From: Candidatus Poribacteria bacterium
GTDB lineage: Bacteria; Poribacteria; WGA-4E; WGA-3G
DNA: 64,000 nt
Assembly: GCA_965205065.1 (NCBI GenBank)
Contig: CBDBFT010000001.1
Coordinates: 5,102,569 to 5,166,568, forward strand
Direction of reading: 5' to 3'
Below the pieces are notes generated by a model, which was not told the DNA's origin, did not search any database, and saw nothing but the letters and a program-made list of their open reading frames with translations. A program made the translations under genes and the position numbers. Below are positions 28,448 through 38,157 of the stretch, piece after piece (position 1 is the first letter of the stretch; each line of letters starts with the position of its first letter).

Positions 28448-29816
28448 GTGATGGACCGTAACGACTATTCATCGCCGCAGTCAATTCTTCAACAAGTTGC
28501 GTATTGTCATCCGCGATATTGTCTAATTCATCTGGATCATTTTGGAGATCATACAATTCAATGTATCCGTCTCTGTTTTCAATGAGTTTATGTGTCTGTG
28601 TCCGAATGCAAGTGAAACTTCCTAATCGGCTGACCGTTTCTGAACGATGGGTTTCAGCCTCTCCCCGTACTACTGGTCCAATTGATTGTCCGTCAATATT
28701 CTCTAAAACCGGTACTCCCGCCAAATCACAAATAGTTGGATTGATGTCAATGAGTTCTACCAACTCGTTTGAGACACGATTGCCTTCAATTCCCGGTCCT
28801 GCTACAATGAGCGGAACGCGCAGCGATGCCTCATAAGCCAGACTTTTTGTATATAATCCGTGGTCTCCGAGCATTTCTCCGTGGTCGCTTGAATAGATGA
28901 TATACGTATTCTCAAGCATACCGCGTTCTTCCAGCGCATGTAGCATATTACCAATCTGATTGTCAATCAGTTCAGTTGCTGCACAATACTGTTGGCGCGT
29001 CACCTTAACCTCTTCAGGACTGATATTAACGGTGCGTTTTTTCACCCATTCAGGTTTTCCGTCCATGTTATCTGTGATGGGAGCAGGCATTTCTGCATTG
29101 CGATACTTGTCTCCGTATTCTGTTGGCGGATCAAAAGGATCGTGGGGACCAACGAAGCTGACAAATAGGTGCCATGGGAAATCATCAGGGATATTTTCAA
29201 TAAACTCGGTTGAACGTCTCCCGATATAGGTATCCTCAAAGTCTTCTGTTTCAAGCACGGAGTCGTAAGACCCGTTTTTTATCCAACCTCCAGATGAACT
29301 TCTGTTTCTATAATCTTGATGAAACTTCTCTAACAATCCTTTTTCTTGAAGGTAATTTGTGTATGGACCGATGGGTGTTGCTGATCTACCTGCGTGCATT
29401 TTTCCTTCACACTCTTCAGGATGTGTGAACCCCCAACCGTAAGCTCGTGGACGATCACCGTAGCGACCGTTATAGCCGTCAGGTTTTGCCAGGTCAAGTT
29501 TACCAACACATCCAACGCGATAGCCGTGGTCTCGCAGTTGTTGATAGTATGTAGGTATTGCGGTAGGATAGAAACTCCCGTTCCCTAATGAACCTAAACG
29601 AGAGGGTTGTATACCGGACGCTAAACCTATCCGTGATGGTGCACAGACTGGTGCGTTCACAGTGCAGTTTGGAAGGTTCACTCCCATTTCTGTTAGTCTG
29701 CTTAAGTTTGGTGTCTTGAGTGCTTCTGGTGCTTTTTCATGTGTTTCTACATAGTCATACCGATGTTGGTCAGACATGATAAAAAGGACGTTTGGCTTAT
29801 CAGTTTTTCTGTTCAT
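28440..29816 (-). CDS. sulfatase (formylglycine-dependent arylsulfatase family)
   Basis: CAPSR (CxPxR) formylglycine motif. NVLFIMSDQHR and SSDHGEMLGDHGLYTKS blocks. Start trimmed to the ATG at 29816, which has a GGAG ribosome-binding site. Confidence 0.8.
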   Translation of the reverse strand: MNRKTDKPNVLFIMSDQHRYDYVETHEKAPEALKTPNLSRLTEMGVNLPNCTVNAPVCAPSRIGLASGIQPSRLGSLGNGSFYPTAIPTYYQQLRDHGYRVGCVGKLDLAKPDGYNGRYGDRPRAYGWGFTHPEECEGKMHAGRSATPIGPYTNYLQEKGLLEKFHQDYRNRSSSGGWIKNGSYDSVLETEDFEDTYIGRRSTEFIENIPDDFPWHLFVSFVGPHDPFDPPTEYGDKYRNAEMPAPITDNMDGKPEWVKKRTVNISPEEVKVTRQQYCAATELIDNQIGNMLHALEERGMLENTYIIYSSDHGEMLGDHGLYTKSLAYEASLRVPLIVAGPGIEGNRVSNELVELIDINPTICDLAGVPVLENIDGQSIGPVVRGEAETHRSETVSRLGSFTCIRTQTHKLIENRDGYIELYDLQNDPDELDNIADDNTQLVEELTAAMNSRYGPSLV

Positions 29817-29852
29817 ATAGGATGACTCCGATGTTATTCTATTTTTCAAAGG

Positions 29853-32800
29853 CTATTCAGATTTAGAGACGAGTTTAAGGACAACAATTGTCAAATCATC
29901 ATACTGTTCTGCATCTTTCACAAATTCTTTCACGTCATTGACGATGTGCTGTATGACCTCTTCAGAGCTGCTGCTGACAGGTATTTTTGCTGCGAGTTCA
30001 TTCAGTCGTTCTGATCCATACATTTCTTGTTCTTCATTAAGAGCTTCAATGAGTCCATCGGAATGGAATATGAGAAAATCTCCATATTGTAGGTCAAAAG
30101 TAACGGATTCGTATTGTACGTTTTTCATACTTCCGAGTGGCAGGTCGCTATTCTCTATTTCAATAATGACATCTCCTCTTTTGATGAGTGGATAGGGTTG
30201 TCCTCCGTTTGCATAATCGACTCTTTTTTCATCTTCATAGAGGATAGCTAAGTTAAGTGCGATGAAGCTGGGTCCATACATTCTTGGAGCTAAACCCGCG
30301 TTAAGGTCTGTCAGTATGACATCTGCGTCAGAATTAAATCGTGCGACTTCATGTAGCATTCCATTGGTCAACACTGCATTCATAGCACCTCGTATCCCTT
30401 TTCCAGCTGCGTCGGCGACTGCTATTGCGGTTTGTCCGTTTTGCACAGTCAGATAATCGAAGAAATCACCTCCGACTTGTGTTGCGGGTAAAGACATTCC
30501 GGCGATATCAAAGCTTGCTGCGTGTGGTGGTTCAGTTGGGAGGAGTCCCATTTGTATATTCTGAGCTTCATTTAGTTCTGCTCGGATGCGTTCCATTTCA
30601 GCTTCTTCTTTTTCTCGCATTTCTATTCTGAGTTGTGCGGTTTGTCTTCGATTAACTATCAATCTATATAACAGTGATCCAGCAGCGGCGAATAGAATTA
30701 GGGTTGGCAGATAATTACGCCATCGACTCCAAAGGGGTTGATCTATGGTAAAATTCAGGACTGCGGGTTGTTGCGTATAGGGCCATCCTTGTCTAAATGC
30801 TTTTATCAAGAACGTATATTTCCCCGATTTTAGTCCTTCATAACGGATCTGAGCAGGTGTTTTTGTTTCTCCTTCTGTCTGGGATGTCTGGGGTTGATAA
30901 GTTTGCACGACAGTGTCGCCGAAGGTCGTTTCATTATTCTGTTTAATGTCTGAAGAGACTGTCGTCCATGCGTTATTGTTAATACCTATCAATCTGAATT
31001 TATATTCGACGTCATCTCGCAACGGACTGATGCCTTGGAACTTTATGGTGAGACTTTTTTGTCGTGCAGGTAAAAGTTCGTCTATCTGGCTGAAAGTTCG
31101 TTTTCCAGTTTCTGTTGCAAATTGTTCTTCATAAGTTTTACCAGCATCAACAGAGATTATGCGACAGAAGGGTAGTGCGCCGAGGCTTGCGCGATATTGT
31201 GTTGCACCCCCTTCAGTGCCAAACCAGATATCCTTGTTATCATTCACATGAATATCGGAGACGTTATTATGGATTAGACCGTCTTTTGTTGTTATGGACT
31301 GGAAAGATTCACCATCGTATCTGACGACCCCACCGCCCCATGTGGCGAACCATATATTTCCCCAATTGTCTTCATGCACATCTCTCAGATCGTCAACAAG
31401 GAATTCATCCTCCGCCGTATAAGTCGTAGCATTTTCGCCATCATACATGATTGCACCTTGTGAAGTTGCTAACCACAAGTTCCCACTTTCTGTTAACAGT
31501 ACACCTTTGACATGTTGAAGTTCAATAGAGACAGTATTCATTAATTCTATTCCGTGAAAGGTCTTGATTCCATCCTGAAATACAAACGTTATGGTCTCTA
31601 TCTGATCATTTTCTTGATCAGTAACATCGGTCTGTTGGTTATCTTGACTTGACGTTGTTGAGCGAATTGCGTAGAGGGGTATTCCGCTTGCTGCACCTGG
31701 AAGTTCATTTATTGTACTTGCGTCGTCAAGGTTCTCCCAGTACATCAACTGTCCACTTATGATGTTATAAAACCATTTCACGAATTTGTTTTCATTTATA
31801 GTGAGTATAGGTATTACGGAACTAATTTGCATGAGTTCCGTATGTAATTGCCTATTTGCATTTCCAAGATTCGTAAAACGTCGGACTTCACCTGTATCGT
31901 AATAGCACCATAGTCGGTTTTGTGTATCCAGATGGAGGTGTGTAATTGCCGTTGTAGGTGGACTGAGTATATCGATATTTTCAAAATTGAGACTCATTGT
32001 ACTACCATCAGGCGTAATTAGGGTCAATCCTGCATCTGTAGGTTTACACAAGAATCCACCTATTGTGATCCATGGAGTACGATTTGAGGTTACTTTTGGT
32101 GTCAATTGACTGTTAACAATCGGATCTCCACCTGGTCCGTAGTTTGGTTGAATTTGTATCGACATGCCCTCAAAAGTACCGTTCTTATGTCGATAAAGCG
32201 TGTAAAGTGTGTTTCCAAACTGGTCAAGAAAAGGTTTATCTAAAAACCAAATGTCGTTGTCTACTTCAATTATTTGGATTATCTCAGTTCGCTTTTTTGA
32301 ATATCTACTTAATTCGTTGCTGCCATTTTCCGGTATGATGTTTGTTGATAGTGGAAACTGATTGAATTTTTCCTGTTCGGGTATAAACTGTGCAACGCCG
32401 CCAGGTATGTTAAGCCATAGATTTCCGGAGCGATCCGTATACATGCCTCTAACACTATTGCTTCCTAAGATAGTGCGTGAAGTATGATTTACGATAGCGG
32501 GTTGCGGTTCAAATACAGTCACCCCGTTGTCATGTCCAAACCATATTTTTCCATCAATCGCCTCAAAAATTGTTTGGATTTTATCGCTTCCGAGTCCATC
32601 ATCAACGCCGTAGATTTTGTGTAGTGCGCCAGTTTCATCATTGAGAGATGTATCTAAATCGAAGAATTCTACTCTATTTTCAAAATACCTGTTCTCATAA
32701 AGGTGTGCACCTGTTTCGCTTGCAAACCAAAGGTTATTCCATGCATCCTCAACTTCAAAAACAGCCTTAAGGTATCTACTTTGGTTTGTATCGGCATTTA

Positions 32801-33728
32801 AGTGTCTCAAAAGATTGAGTTTGTCTCCGTCCCACCAACTTAATTGTGAATTATCACTAAACCAAATCCTTCCATGTGTATCATTTTTGACCGATAAATC
32901 ACCTTTTTCCAAGAAATTAATCTGTTCTGATGTTCCGGGTTGTGTTCTTGTTCTATCAGGTGTATTAAAGATAGTCTCAAAGTAGTTTCCATTGTAACGC
33001 ATGAGTAAAGCCTGTCCACCAAACCAGACGTGATCATCAGGATCCTGTGCGATTGCATGGATTGATCGGTCAGTTGGTATATTAGGTAAGTTCTCTATTC
33101 GTTTTAATGATGCTGATTGCCAAACATTCAAGTCACCTTTCAATTGTATAATTAGGACACCTTGTGCATCATTTCCAGCGATCCAGATTGTTCCATTTCT
33201 GCTCTGAAAAATGACATTTATCTTTGCCACTGAAGTATCACCGATAGCGATCTTATATTCCTGCAAAGGTTCTTGACTACTTGTTGATGTATACCGTGTG
33301 ATAGAATTGTTACTTCCGACCCAAATATCCCCTTCGTTGTCAACGGTCATACAGTTCCCATTATCAAAGAATTCAAATGATTCTCCATTATATTTACTAA
33401 TGACTCCAATTCCTTCTGAAGGGTGTTTGGTTAGAATCAGGATATGTCCCCATTTGTCCTCCATGATTGCAATTGTTCTACCGCGCAGTACATTTTCATC
33501 TTGCGCGAAAGTTTCAAAATTACTGCCGTCATAGCGAGAAACGCCACCTCTATCAGATCCAAACCATAGTACTCCTTTACTATCTTGATAGATAACAGGT
33601 ACTATAGGTCCAACAAGACCGTCAGCGACAGTATATGTTCTCATCTGTTCAAACGCTGCTGAAGGTGTTGCAATACTAACACTTAAACATACAGTGATGA
33701 TGTAAACAATTTTCTTTATCAGATTCAC
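29853..33728 (-). CDS. membrane-anchored PP2C/SpoIIE-family Ser/Thr phosphatase with periplasmic two-component-regulator propeller (Reg_prop) and Y_Y_Y sensor domains
   Basis: Signal peptide. Many Reg_prop blades (SKGVLWFGSDRGGVSRYDG...). A Y_Y_Y-like segment (LKSGKYTFLIKAF). A TM helix (LPTLILFAAAGSLLYRLIV) and a coiled coil. C-terminal PP2C motifs (ATQVGGDFFDY, AVADAAGKG, FHSDGL). Confidence 0.75.
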   Translation of the reverse strand: MNLIKKIVYIITVCLSVSIATPSAAFEQMRTYTVADGLVGPIVPVIYQDSKGVLWFGSDRGGVSRYDGSNFETFAQDENVLRGRTIAIMEDKWGHILILTKHPSEGIGVISKYNGESFEFFDNGNCMTVDNEGDIWVGSNNSITRYTSTSSQEPLQEYKIAIGDTSVAKINVIFQSRNGTIWIAGNDAQGVLIIQLKGDLNVWQSASLKRIENLPNIPTDRSIHAIAQDPDDHVWFGGQALLMRYNGNYFETIFNTPDRTRTQPGTSEQINFLEKGDLSVKNDTHGRIWFSDNSQLSWWDGDKLNLLRHLNADTNQSRYLKAVFEVEDAWNNLWFASETGAHLYENRYFENRVEFFDLDTSLNDETGALHKIYGVDDGLGSDKIQTIFEAIDGKIWFGHDNGVTVFEPQPAIVNHTSRTILGSNSVRGMYTDRSGNLWLNIPGGVAQFIPEQEKFNQFPLSTNIIPENGSNELSRYSKKRTEIIQIIEVDNDIWFLDKPFLDQFGNTLYTLYRHKNGTFEGMSIQIQPNYGPGGDPIVNSQLTPKVTSNRTPWITIGGFLCKPTDAGLTLITPDGSTMSLNFENIDILSPPTTAITHLHLDTQNRLWCYYDTGEVRRFTNLGNANRQLHTELMQISSVIPILTINENKFVKWFYNIISGQLMYWENLDDASTINELPGAASGIPLYAIRSTTSSQDNQQTDVTDQENDQIETITFVFQDGIKTFHGIELMNTVSIELQHVKGVLLTESGNLWLATSQGAIMYDGENATTYTAEDEFLVDDLRDVHEDNWGNIWFATWGGGVVRYDGESFQSITTKDGLIHNNVSDIHVNDNKDIWFGTEGGATQYRASLGALPFCRIISVDAGKTYEEQFATETGKRTFSQIDELLPARQKSLTIKFQGISPLRDDVEYKFRLIGINNNAWTTVSSDIKQNNETTFGDTVVQTYQPQTSQTEGETKTPAQIRYEGLKSGKYTFLIKAFRQGWPYTQQPAVLNFTIDQPLWSRWRNYLPTLILFAAAGSLLYRLIVNRRQTAQLRIEMREKEEAEMERIRAELNEAQNIQMGLLPTEPPHAASFDIAGMSLPATQVGGDFFDYLTVQNGQTAIAVADAAGKGIRGAMNAVLTNGMLHEVARFNSDADVILTDLNAGLAPRMYGPSFIALNLAILYEDEKRVDYANGGQPYPLIKRGDVIIEIENSDLPLGSMKNVQYESVTFDLQYGDFLIFHSDGLIEALNEEQEMYGSERLNELAAKIPVSSSSEEVIQHIVNDVKEFVKDAEQYDDLTIVVLKLVSKSE

Positions 33729-33859
33729 AGTATCCTACCTTCATATATAAATTCTATAAACATATCGTCCCTGCCAAATCAACGCCAAATGCGTGTATGG
33801 CATTTGTCGGGACTAAAGATGGCAAACATAAGTGACATTCTGCTATTACGTTCCGCGGG

Positions 33860-35071
33860 CTATGCGGAGAAATCTCTTATACGTTCAATTGCCTTTTCAA
33901 TTACATCGTTGGGATAGGTTAGGGATATTCTGAAGTATCCTTCGCTCCATTGTCCGTACCCAAGTCCGGGTGTAATGACAACACCGACTTCATCAAGCAG
34001 AGCAGCTGCGAAGTCACGGCTTGACCCATTGAATCTCTCTGGGACGGGTGCCCAAACATACATGGTTGCTTTTGGTTTCTCAATATTCCATCCACTTTCT
34101 GTCAATGCATCTACGACCATATCTCTACGTTCTTGATATATGTTGTTTAATTTGGCAGTGATTTCGGGTGCTAATGAAAGTGCCTTTGCCCCGGAAAATT
34201 GTAATGCCCGAAGTGAACCGTTGTCAATATTGTCTTTTACTTTCTTGACAGCATTTACTACATTTTCATTGCCAACAACAAAACCCAATCTCCACCCCGT
34301 CATGTTAAAAGCTTTGCTTAGCGAGAAGAACTCTACTGCTACTTCAGCTGCACCATCTACCTGTAAGATACTGGGTGAAATATAACCATCATAAGTGTTT
34401 TCACTATATGCGTTGTCGTGTGCGATAAGTATGTTGTTTTCCTGTCCGAAGTCAATTGCGCGTTTAAAAAAGTCAAGGTCAGCGACCGCGGTAGTTGGAT
34501 TATTAGGGTAGTTTATCCACAGGACTTTTGCCAGTCTTTTTACATCATCAGGGATGGCATCAAAGTCAACAAAGAAATTGTTCTCCCTTAGTAACGGAGC
34601 ATAATATGTCGTTGCACTTGCAAAAACATGACCGATATTATAGGTTGGATAACCTGGACTTGCTGCAATTCCCACATCACCTGGATTTAGTATACCTAAC
34701 GCCATTTTTACGATAGCATCTTTGCTGCCGAGTGTCGTAACAATTTGATCATCAGATAGTGGAACGCCGAACCGGGACAGATAGAATTCTTTAACGGCTT
34801 GTGGAAAATCTGTGACGGGATTATCACAACCGTAACGATGTCTATCGGGATCTTCAGTGTTTTGTATTGCATCGCACAATGTACTAACGATAGCGTCAGG
34901 TGTTGGATAGTCCGGGTCACCGATACCGAGACTAATCACATCAACGCCTTTTTCTTTTGCTGCTGCCATTTTCTGTCGCAAATCTACGAATAGATAGGGA
35001 GGAAGTTTCTGTAAACGTTCTGCTAAAGTTATCAAAATAGTGTATTCTCCTTTATTTGATCTACGGTTCAA
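33860..35071 (-). CDS. LL-diaminopimelate aminotransferase (DapL-type class I aminotransferase)
   Basis: N-terminal LPPYLF motif. PLP-lysine SKAFNMTGWRLG. The length suits the DapL family. Confidence 0.7.
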   Translation of the reverse strand: MNRRSNKGEYTILITLAERLQKLPPYLFVDLRQKMAAAKEKGVDVISLGIGDPDYPTPDAIVSTLCDAIQNTEDPDRHRYGCDNPVTDFPQAVKEFYLSRFGVPLSDDQIVTTLGSKDAIVKMALGILNPGDVGIAASPGYPTYNIGHVFASATTYYAPLLRENNFFVDFDAIPDDVKRLAKVLWINYPNNPTTAVADLDFFKRAIDFGQENNILIAHDNAYSENTYDGYISPSILQVDGAAEVAVEFFSLSKAFNMTGWRLGFVVGNENVVNAVKKVKDNIDNGSLRALQFSGAKALSLAPEITAKLNNIYQERRDMVVDALTESGWNIEKPKATMYVWAPVPERFNGSSRDFAAALLDEVGVVITPGLGYGQWSEGYFRISLTYPNDVIEKAIERIRDFSA

Positions 35072-35095
35072 AAGATATTTCTGCTCCTGATTGCA

Positions 35096-37168
35096 TTATT
35101 GCGATTCAACGACTTCATACTTTAATACGGTTCCGGACTGTCCAGATATCAGACCTATATTAGCATTGGTCATCTGTATTGATGTCAAATCTACTGTTGT
35201 ATCGGTTCGTTGCGGTCTCCAGTTTTGCCCACCATCACTGGTATGAAGGACAAGACCGTTCTTTCCTACGACCCACCCCTTATACTTATCGGTAAAGAAC
35301 ACATCGTATAAAAACAGCTGTGTATGACTTTTCTGTTGGGACCAGGATTTGCCACCATCTACAGTATTGAAGATATGACCATCCCCTCCAACGACCCACC
35401 CGATTCTGGCAGAAACAAAATGGACTGCATTTAGCCAGATATTTGTGCCTATATCCATTTTTGATAACTGTTTACTTAATGATGATTTATACCAGTTGTC
35501 CCCGCCATCAATTGTGAACAGGAGTGTGCCAAATAGACCGACCACCCATCCTTGACTTTTAGACGTAAAATGTATATCAAAGAGATTAACAGAAACACCA
35601 CTTTTTTGAGGTGTCCACGTTATTCCACCATTATGCGTATGGACTATTTCCCCTGCACTGCCAGCTGCCCATCCGTATTCTTTATCTATAAAGAACAACG
35701 TGAGTAAGTCCTGTTTTGTGTTGGATTCTTGGGGTAGCCAGATTTCTCCACCGTGAATGGTGTGTAGAATAACGCCAGCTTCAGCCGCTGCCCAACCTTC
35801 TTCGTGGGACACAAAATGTGTAGCACTAAAACACTCCGCAGTGCGACTATCTTGTGCTTTCCAGTTTGCTCCTGCATCATCAGACTTCATGATCGCGCCT
35901 CTATCCCCGACAACATAAGCGTGATTCTGTGTTGTTAGACAGACATCGTAGAGAAGGTGTGTAGGATTAGATTGTGCGTTCCATGTCACTCCGCCGTTTC
36001 GTGTATGTAGGATAGTCCCGTTCTCTCCGACTGCCCAACCGAGTGTTTTTGATACGAAGTCTACTCCCAACAACAGTCCATCTGCACTGTTATGAAAACG
36101 TGGACCGCCACGTTGATGTTTCAGGACGATTTTCTCCTTCTTGTCTGTGCTTTGGGTTGTATGTAAGATGACACCTAAGTCGCCAACAATCCACGCATGT
36201 TTTGTATCAGCGAAATCAATATCGTATAAAGTGAATGTGTGTAAGGGTTCATTACCAAGATATTCGGGTTGTCCATATTCTTGCTTATGACGTTCGTTGC
36301 TTCCCTGAGTGAGTGACTCCCAGTTTTTTCCGCCATTCGTTGTATAATAGATACTACGTTGATCTCCTACGACCCATCCAGTTTTTTCGTCAATAAATTT
36401 GATGCTGAAAAGTGCTGATTTTGTAGAGAATTGTGGTTGCCAAGACATTCCACCATCTGTTGTATTGTAGATATATCCTGCGTTTTCACTATCATTAGGG
36501 TTGTTGTAGGTAACAACCCAACCCGTCTGTTTGTTAATAAAATAGACGTCTTTTAGTGATTGTCTATTGAAGACTTTTCCATTCTCTAATGCGAATGTCT
36601 TGCCGCCATCAATTGACTTTAGGATTGTTCCCCAATCGCCTACTATCCAACCGATCTCATCTATAAAATGCAGGCTATGTAGATTGTTTTTTGTAGGTGT
36701 ATCTAATTTCTTCCAAGTTTTGCCGCCATCATCTGTGTGAATTAAGGTACCTTCTTCACCAACACTCCAACCCTTATAATTATCTTTAAAATAGACCTTA
36801 TTCAGCGGTTTTCCAAATACGCCACTGTTCTGTTTTTTCCAGTTCTTACCACCATCGGTGGTATGCAAAATGATACTTTCAGATCCTTGCGCATAAGTTT
36901 GCTTATTATCGTCAACGCTGTCTGAATTTACTACACCTGTAGAATTTCCCACTGTCCATCCGTGTGTTTCCGAGATAAAATGTACATCGTTGAGATGTGC
37001 ACTCCAGTCACCTTTCAGTACAGTTTTCCATTCGCCTCTTGTTTTTTTTGCTGTATCTGAACAACCGAGGGTAATAAGTAAGGGAATTAATAAAAGCGAG
37101 CATATTGATAGAAGACATAAGAGATTGTCTCTATTGTGAGTTCTCAAAAAGCACTTCGCTAACATCAT
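35096..37168 (-). CDS. BNR/Asp-box repeat lipoprotein (Ycf48-like double beta-propeller)
   Basis: Lipobox LLITLGC. About 11 SxDGGKxW motifs (TTDGGKNWKK, HTDDGGKTWKK, ...). Its start overlaps the dapB 3' end. Confidence 0.65.
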   Translation of the reverse strand: MMLAKCFLRTHNRDNLLCLLSICSLLLIPLLITLGCSDTAKKTRGEWKTVLKGDWSAHLNDVHFISETHGWTVGNSTGVVNSDSVDDNKQTYAQGSESIILHTTDGGKNWKKQNSGVFGKPLNKVYFKDNYKGWSVGEEGTLIHTDDGGKTWKKLDTPTKNNLHSLHFIDEIGWIVGDWGTILKSIDGGKTFALENGKVFNRQSLKDVYFINKQTGWVVTYNNPNDSENAGYIYNTTDGGMSWQPQFSTKSALFSIKFIDEKTGWVVGDQRSIYYTTNGGKNWESLTQGSNERHKQEYGQPEYLGNEPLHTFTLYDIDFADTKHAWIVGDLGVILHTTQSTDKKEKIVLKHQRGGPRFHNSADGLLLGVDFVSKTLGWAVGENGTILHTRNGGVTWNAQSNPTHLLYDVCLTTQNHAYVVGDRGAIMKSDDAGANWKAQDSRTAECFSATHFVSHEEGWAAAEAGVILHTIHGGEIWLPQESNTKQDLLTLFFIDKEYGWAAGSAGEIVHTHNGGITWTPQKSGVSVNLFDIHFTSKSQGWVVGLFGTLLFTIDGGDNWYKSSLSKQLSKMDIGTNIWLNAVHFVSARIGWVVGGDGHIFNTVDGGKSWSQQKSHTQLFLYDVFFTDKYKGWVVGKNGLVLHTSDGGQNWRPQRTDTTVDLTSIQMTNANIGLISGQSGTVLKYEVVESQ

Positions 37169-37940
37169 GTAATCCTCTGGGTGCATTGACTACCCATTTT
37201 GCTGCTCTGATTGCACCTTTTGCAAATGCCTCTGGACTATGTGCGCGATGAACGACACTGAGTTGTTCTCCTTGTGTTGCGAACATCACAGTGTGGTCCC
37301 CGGCTATATCTCCACCACGAATTGCATGAATTCCGATCTGTTTATCTGGTCGTGGTCCTATGATTCCGTGCCGACCATATACACCTACTTCATCCAGATC
37401 CCGTTCGAGTGCATTTGCGACTGTTTCAGCTAATCTGAGTGCTGTTCCGCTGGGTGAATCCGCTTTATGGTTATGGTGTGCTTCTATAATTTCAATATCG
37501 TAATCATCACCGAGCGATTTAGCGATTAATTCAAGTGCACGTATCATGACGTTTACACCCAGACTCATATTTGGTGCCATAACGCAACGGATTTTTGATG
37601 ATAATTCTTTTACTTCATCTAATTCGTCATTGCTAAATCCTGTCGTGGCGATTACCATTGCTTTATCAGCTTCTACTACCTGTCTGAGATGTTGTAATGT
37701 TGCTTCAGGTTTTGAAAATTCTATAATGACATCTGATTCTATTATGACGTCTGATAGTTTTGCTGAAATCGGGACTCCGATCTCACCTATCCCTGCTACA
37801 ACACCTGCATCGCTGCCTATCTCAGGATGTTGTGGGAATTCTATTGCGCCAACAAGTTTGACACCATCCTGTTGTGTACCACCTTGGATGATAAGACGTC
37901 CCATTCTACCACATGCACCGTTTATTGTGACTTTTACCAT
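37131..37940 (-). CDS. dapB: 4-hydroxy-tetrahydrodipicolinate reductase
   Basis: N-terminal VKVTINGACGRMGR NAD(P)-binding motif, with DapB length and fold pattern. Confidence 0.85.
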   Translation of the reverse strand: MVKVTINGACGRMGRLIIQGGTQQDGVKLVGAIEFPQHPEIGSDAGVVAGIGEIGVPISAKLSDVIIESDVIIEFSKPEATLQHLRQVVEADKAMVIATTGFSNDELDEVKELSSKIRCVMAPNMSLGVNVMIRALELIAKSLGDDYDIEIIEAHHNHKADSPSGTALRLAETVANALERDLDEVGVYGRHGIIGPRPDKQIGIHAIRGGDIAGDHTVMFATQGEQLSVVHRAHSPEAFAKGAIRAAKWVVNAPRGLHDVSEVLFENSQ

Positions 37941-38101
37941 TGTTCTTCCTTATTTTATTCCGATGAATGTTTATTGTCTACATTAATACCTTACTATAGT
38001 AGTATTATACATCTTCTGACTTTTCTCTGCCAACACATTTTTTCTATATGGTAACCTTGCGTATCAAACGGTTATGGTAGAATTCATTCTACGCGAAAAA
38101 A

Positions 38102-38126
38102 GGCAGGTATAAGCAATATACCTGCC
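38102..38126 (-). terminator. rho-independent terminator (10-bp stem ggcaggtata/tatacctgcc, loop agcaa) followed on the minus strand by UUUUUU
   Basis: The hairpin lies 32 bp downstream of the 38158 gene stop. The A6 run at 38096-38101 on the plus strand is the U-tract on the minus strand. Confidence 0.6.
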
Positions 38127-38157
38127 TGTGATGTGAATGAATAGATAGGTTTACGTG

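Noticed and set aside
479-30631. Numerous 60-110-aa ORFs antisense to, or nested inside, long genes (for example 479..799, 9946..10440, 18430..18876, 23016..24101, 28504..30631)
   Set aside because: They lie entirely within well-supported longer genes on the other strand or frame and are compositionally biased. They are artefacts of the six-frame translation.
37941-38157. Lysine riboswitch upstream of dapB
   Set aside because: No LYS-element conserved helices were seen. The region instead contains a clean intrinsic terminator for the upstream gene.
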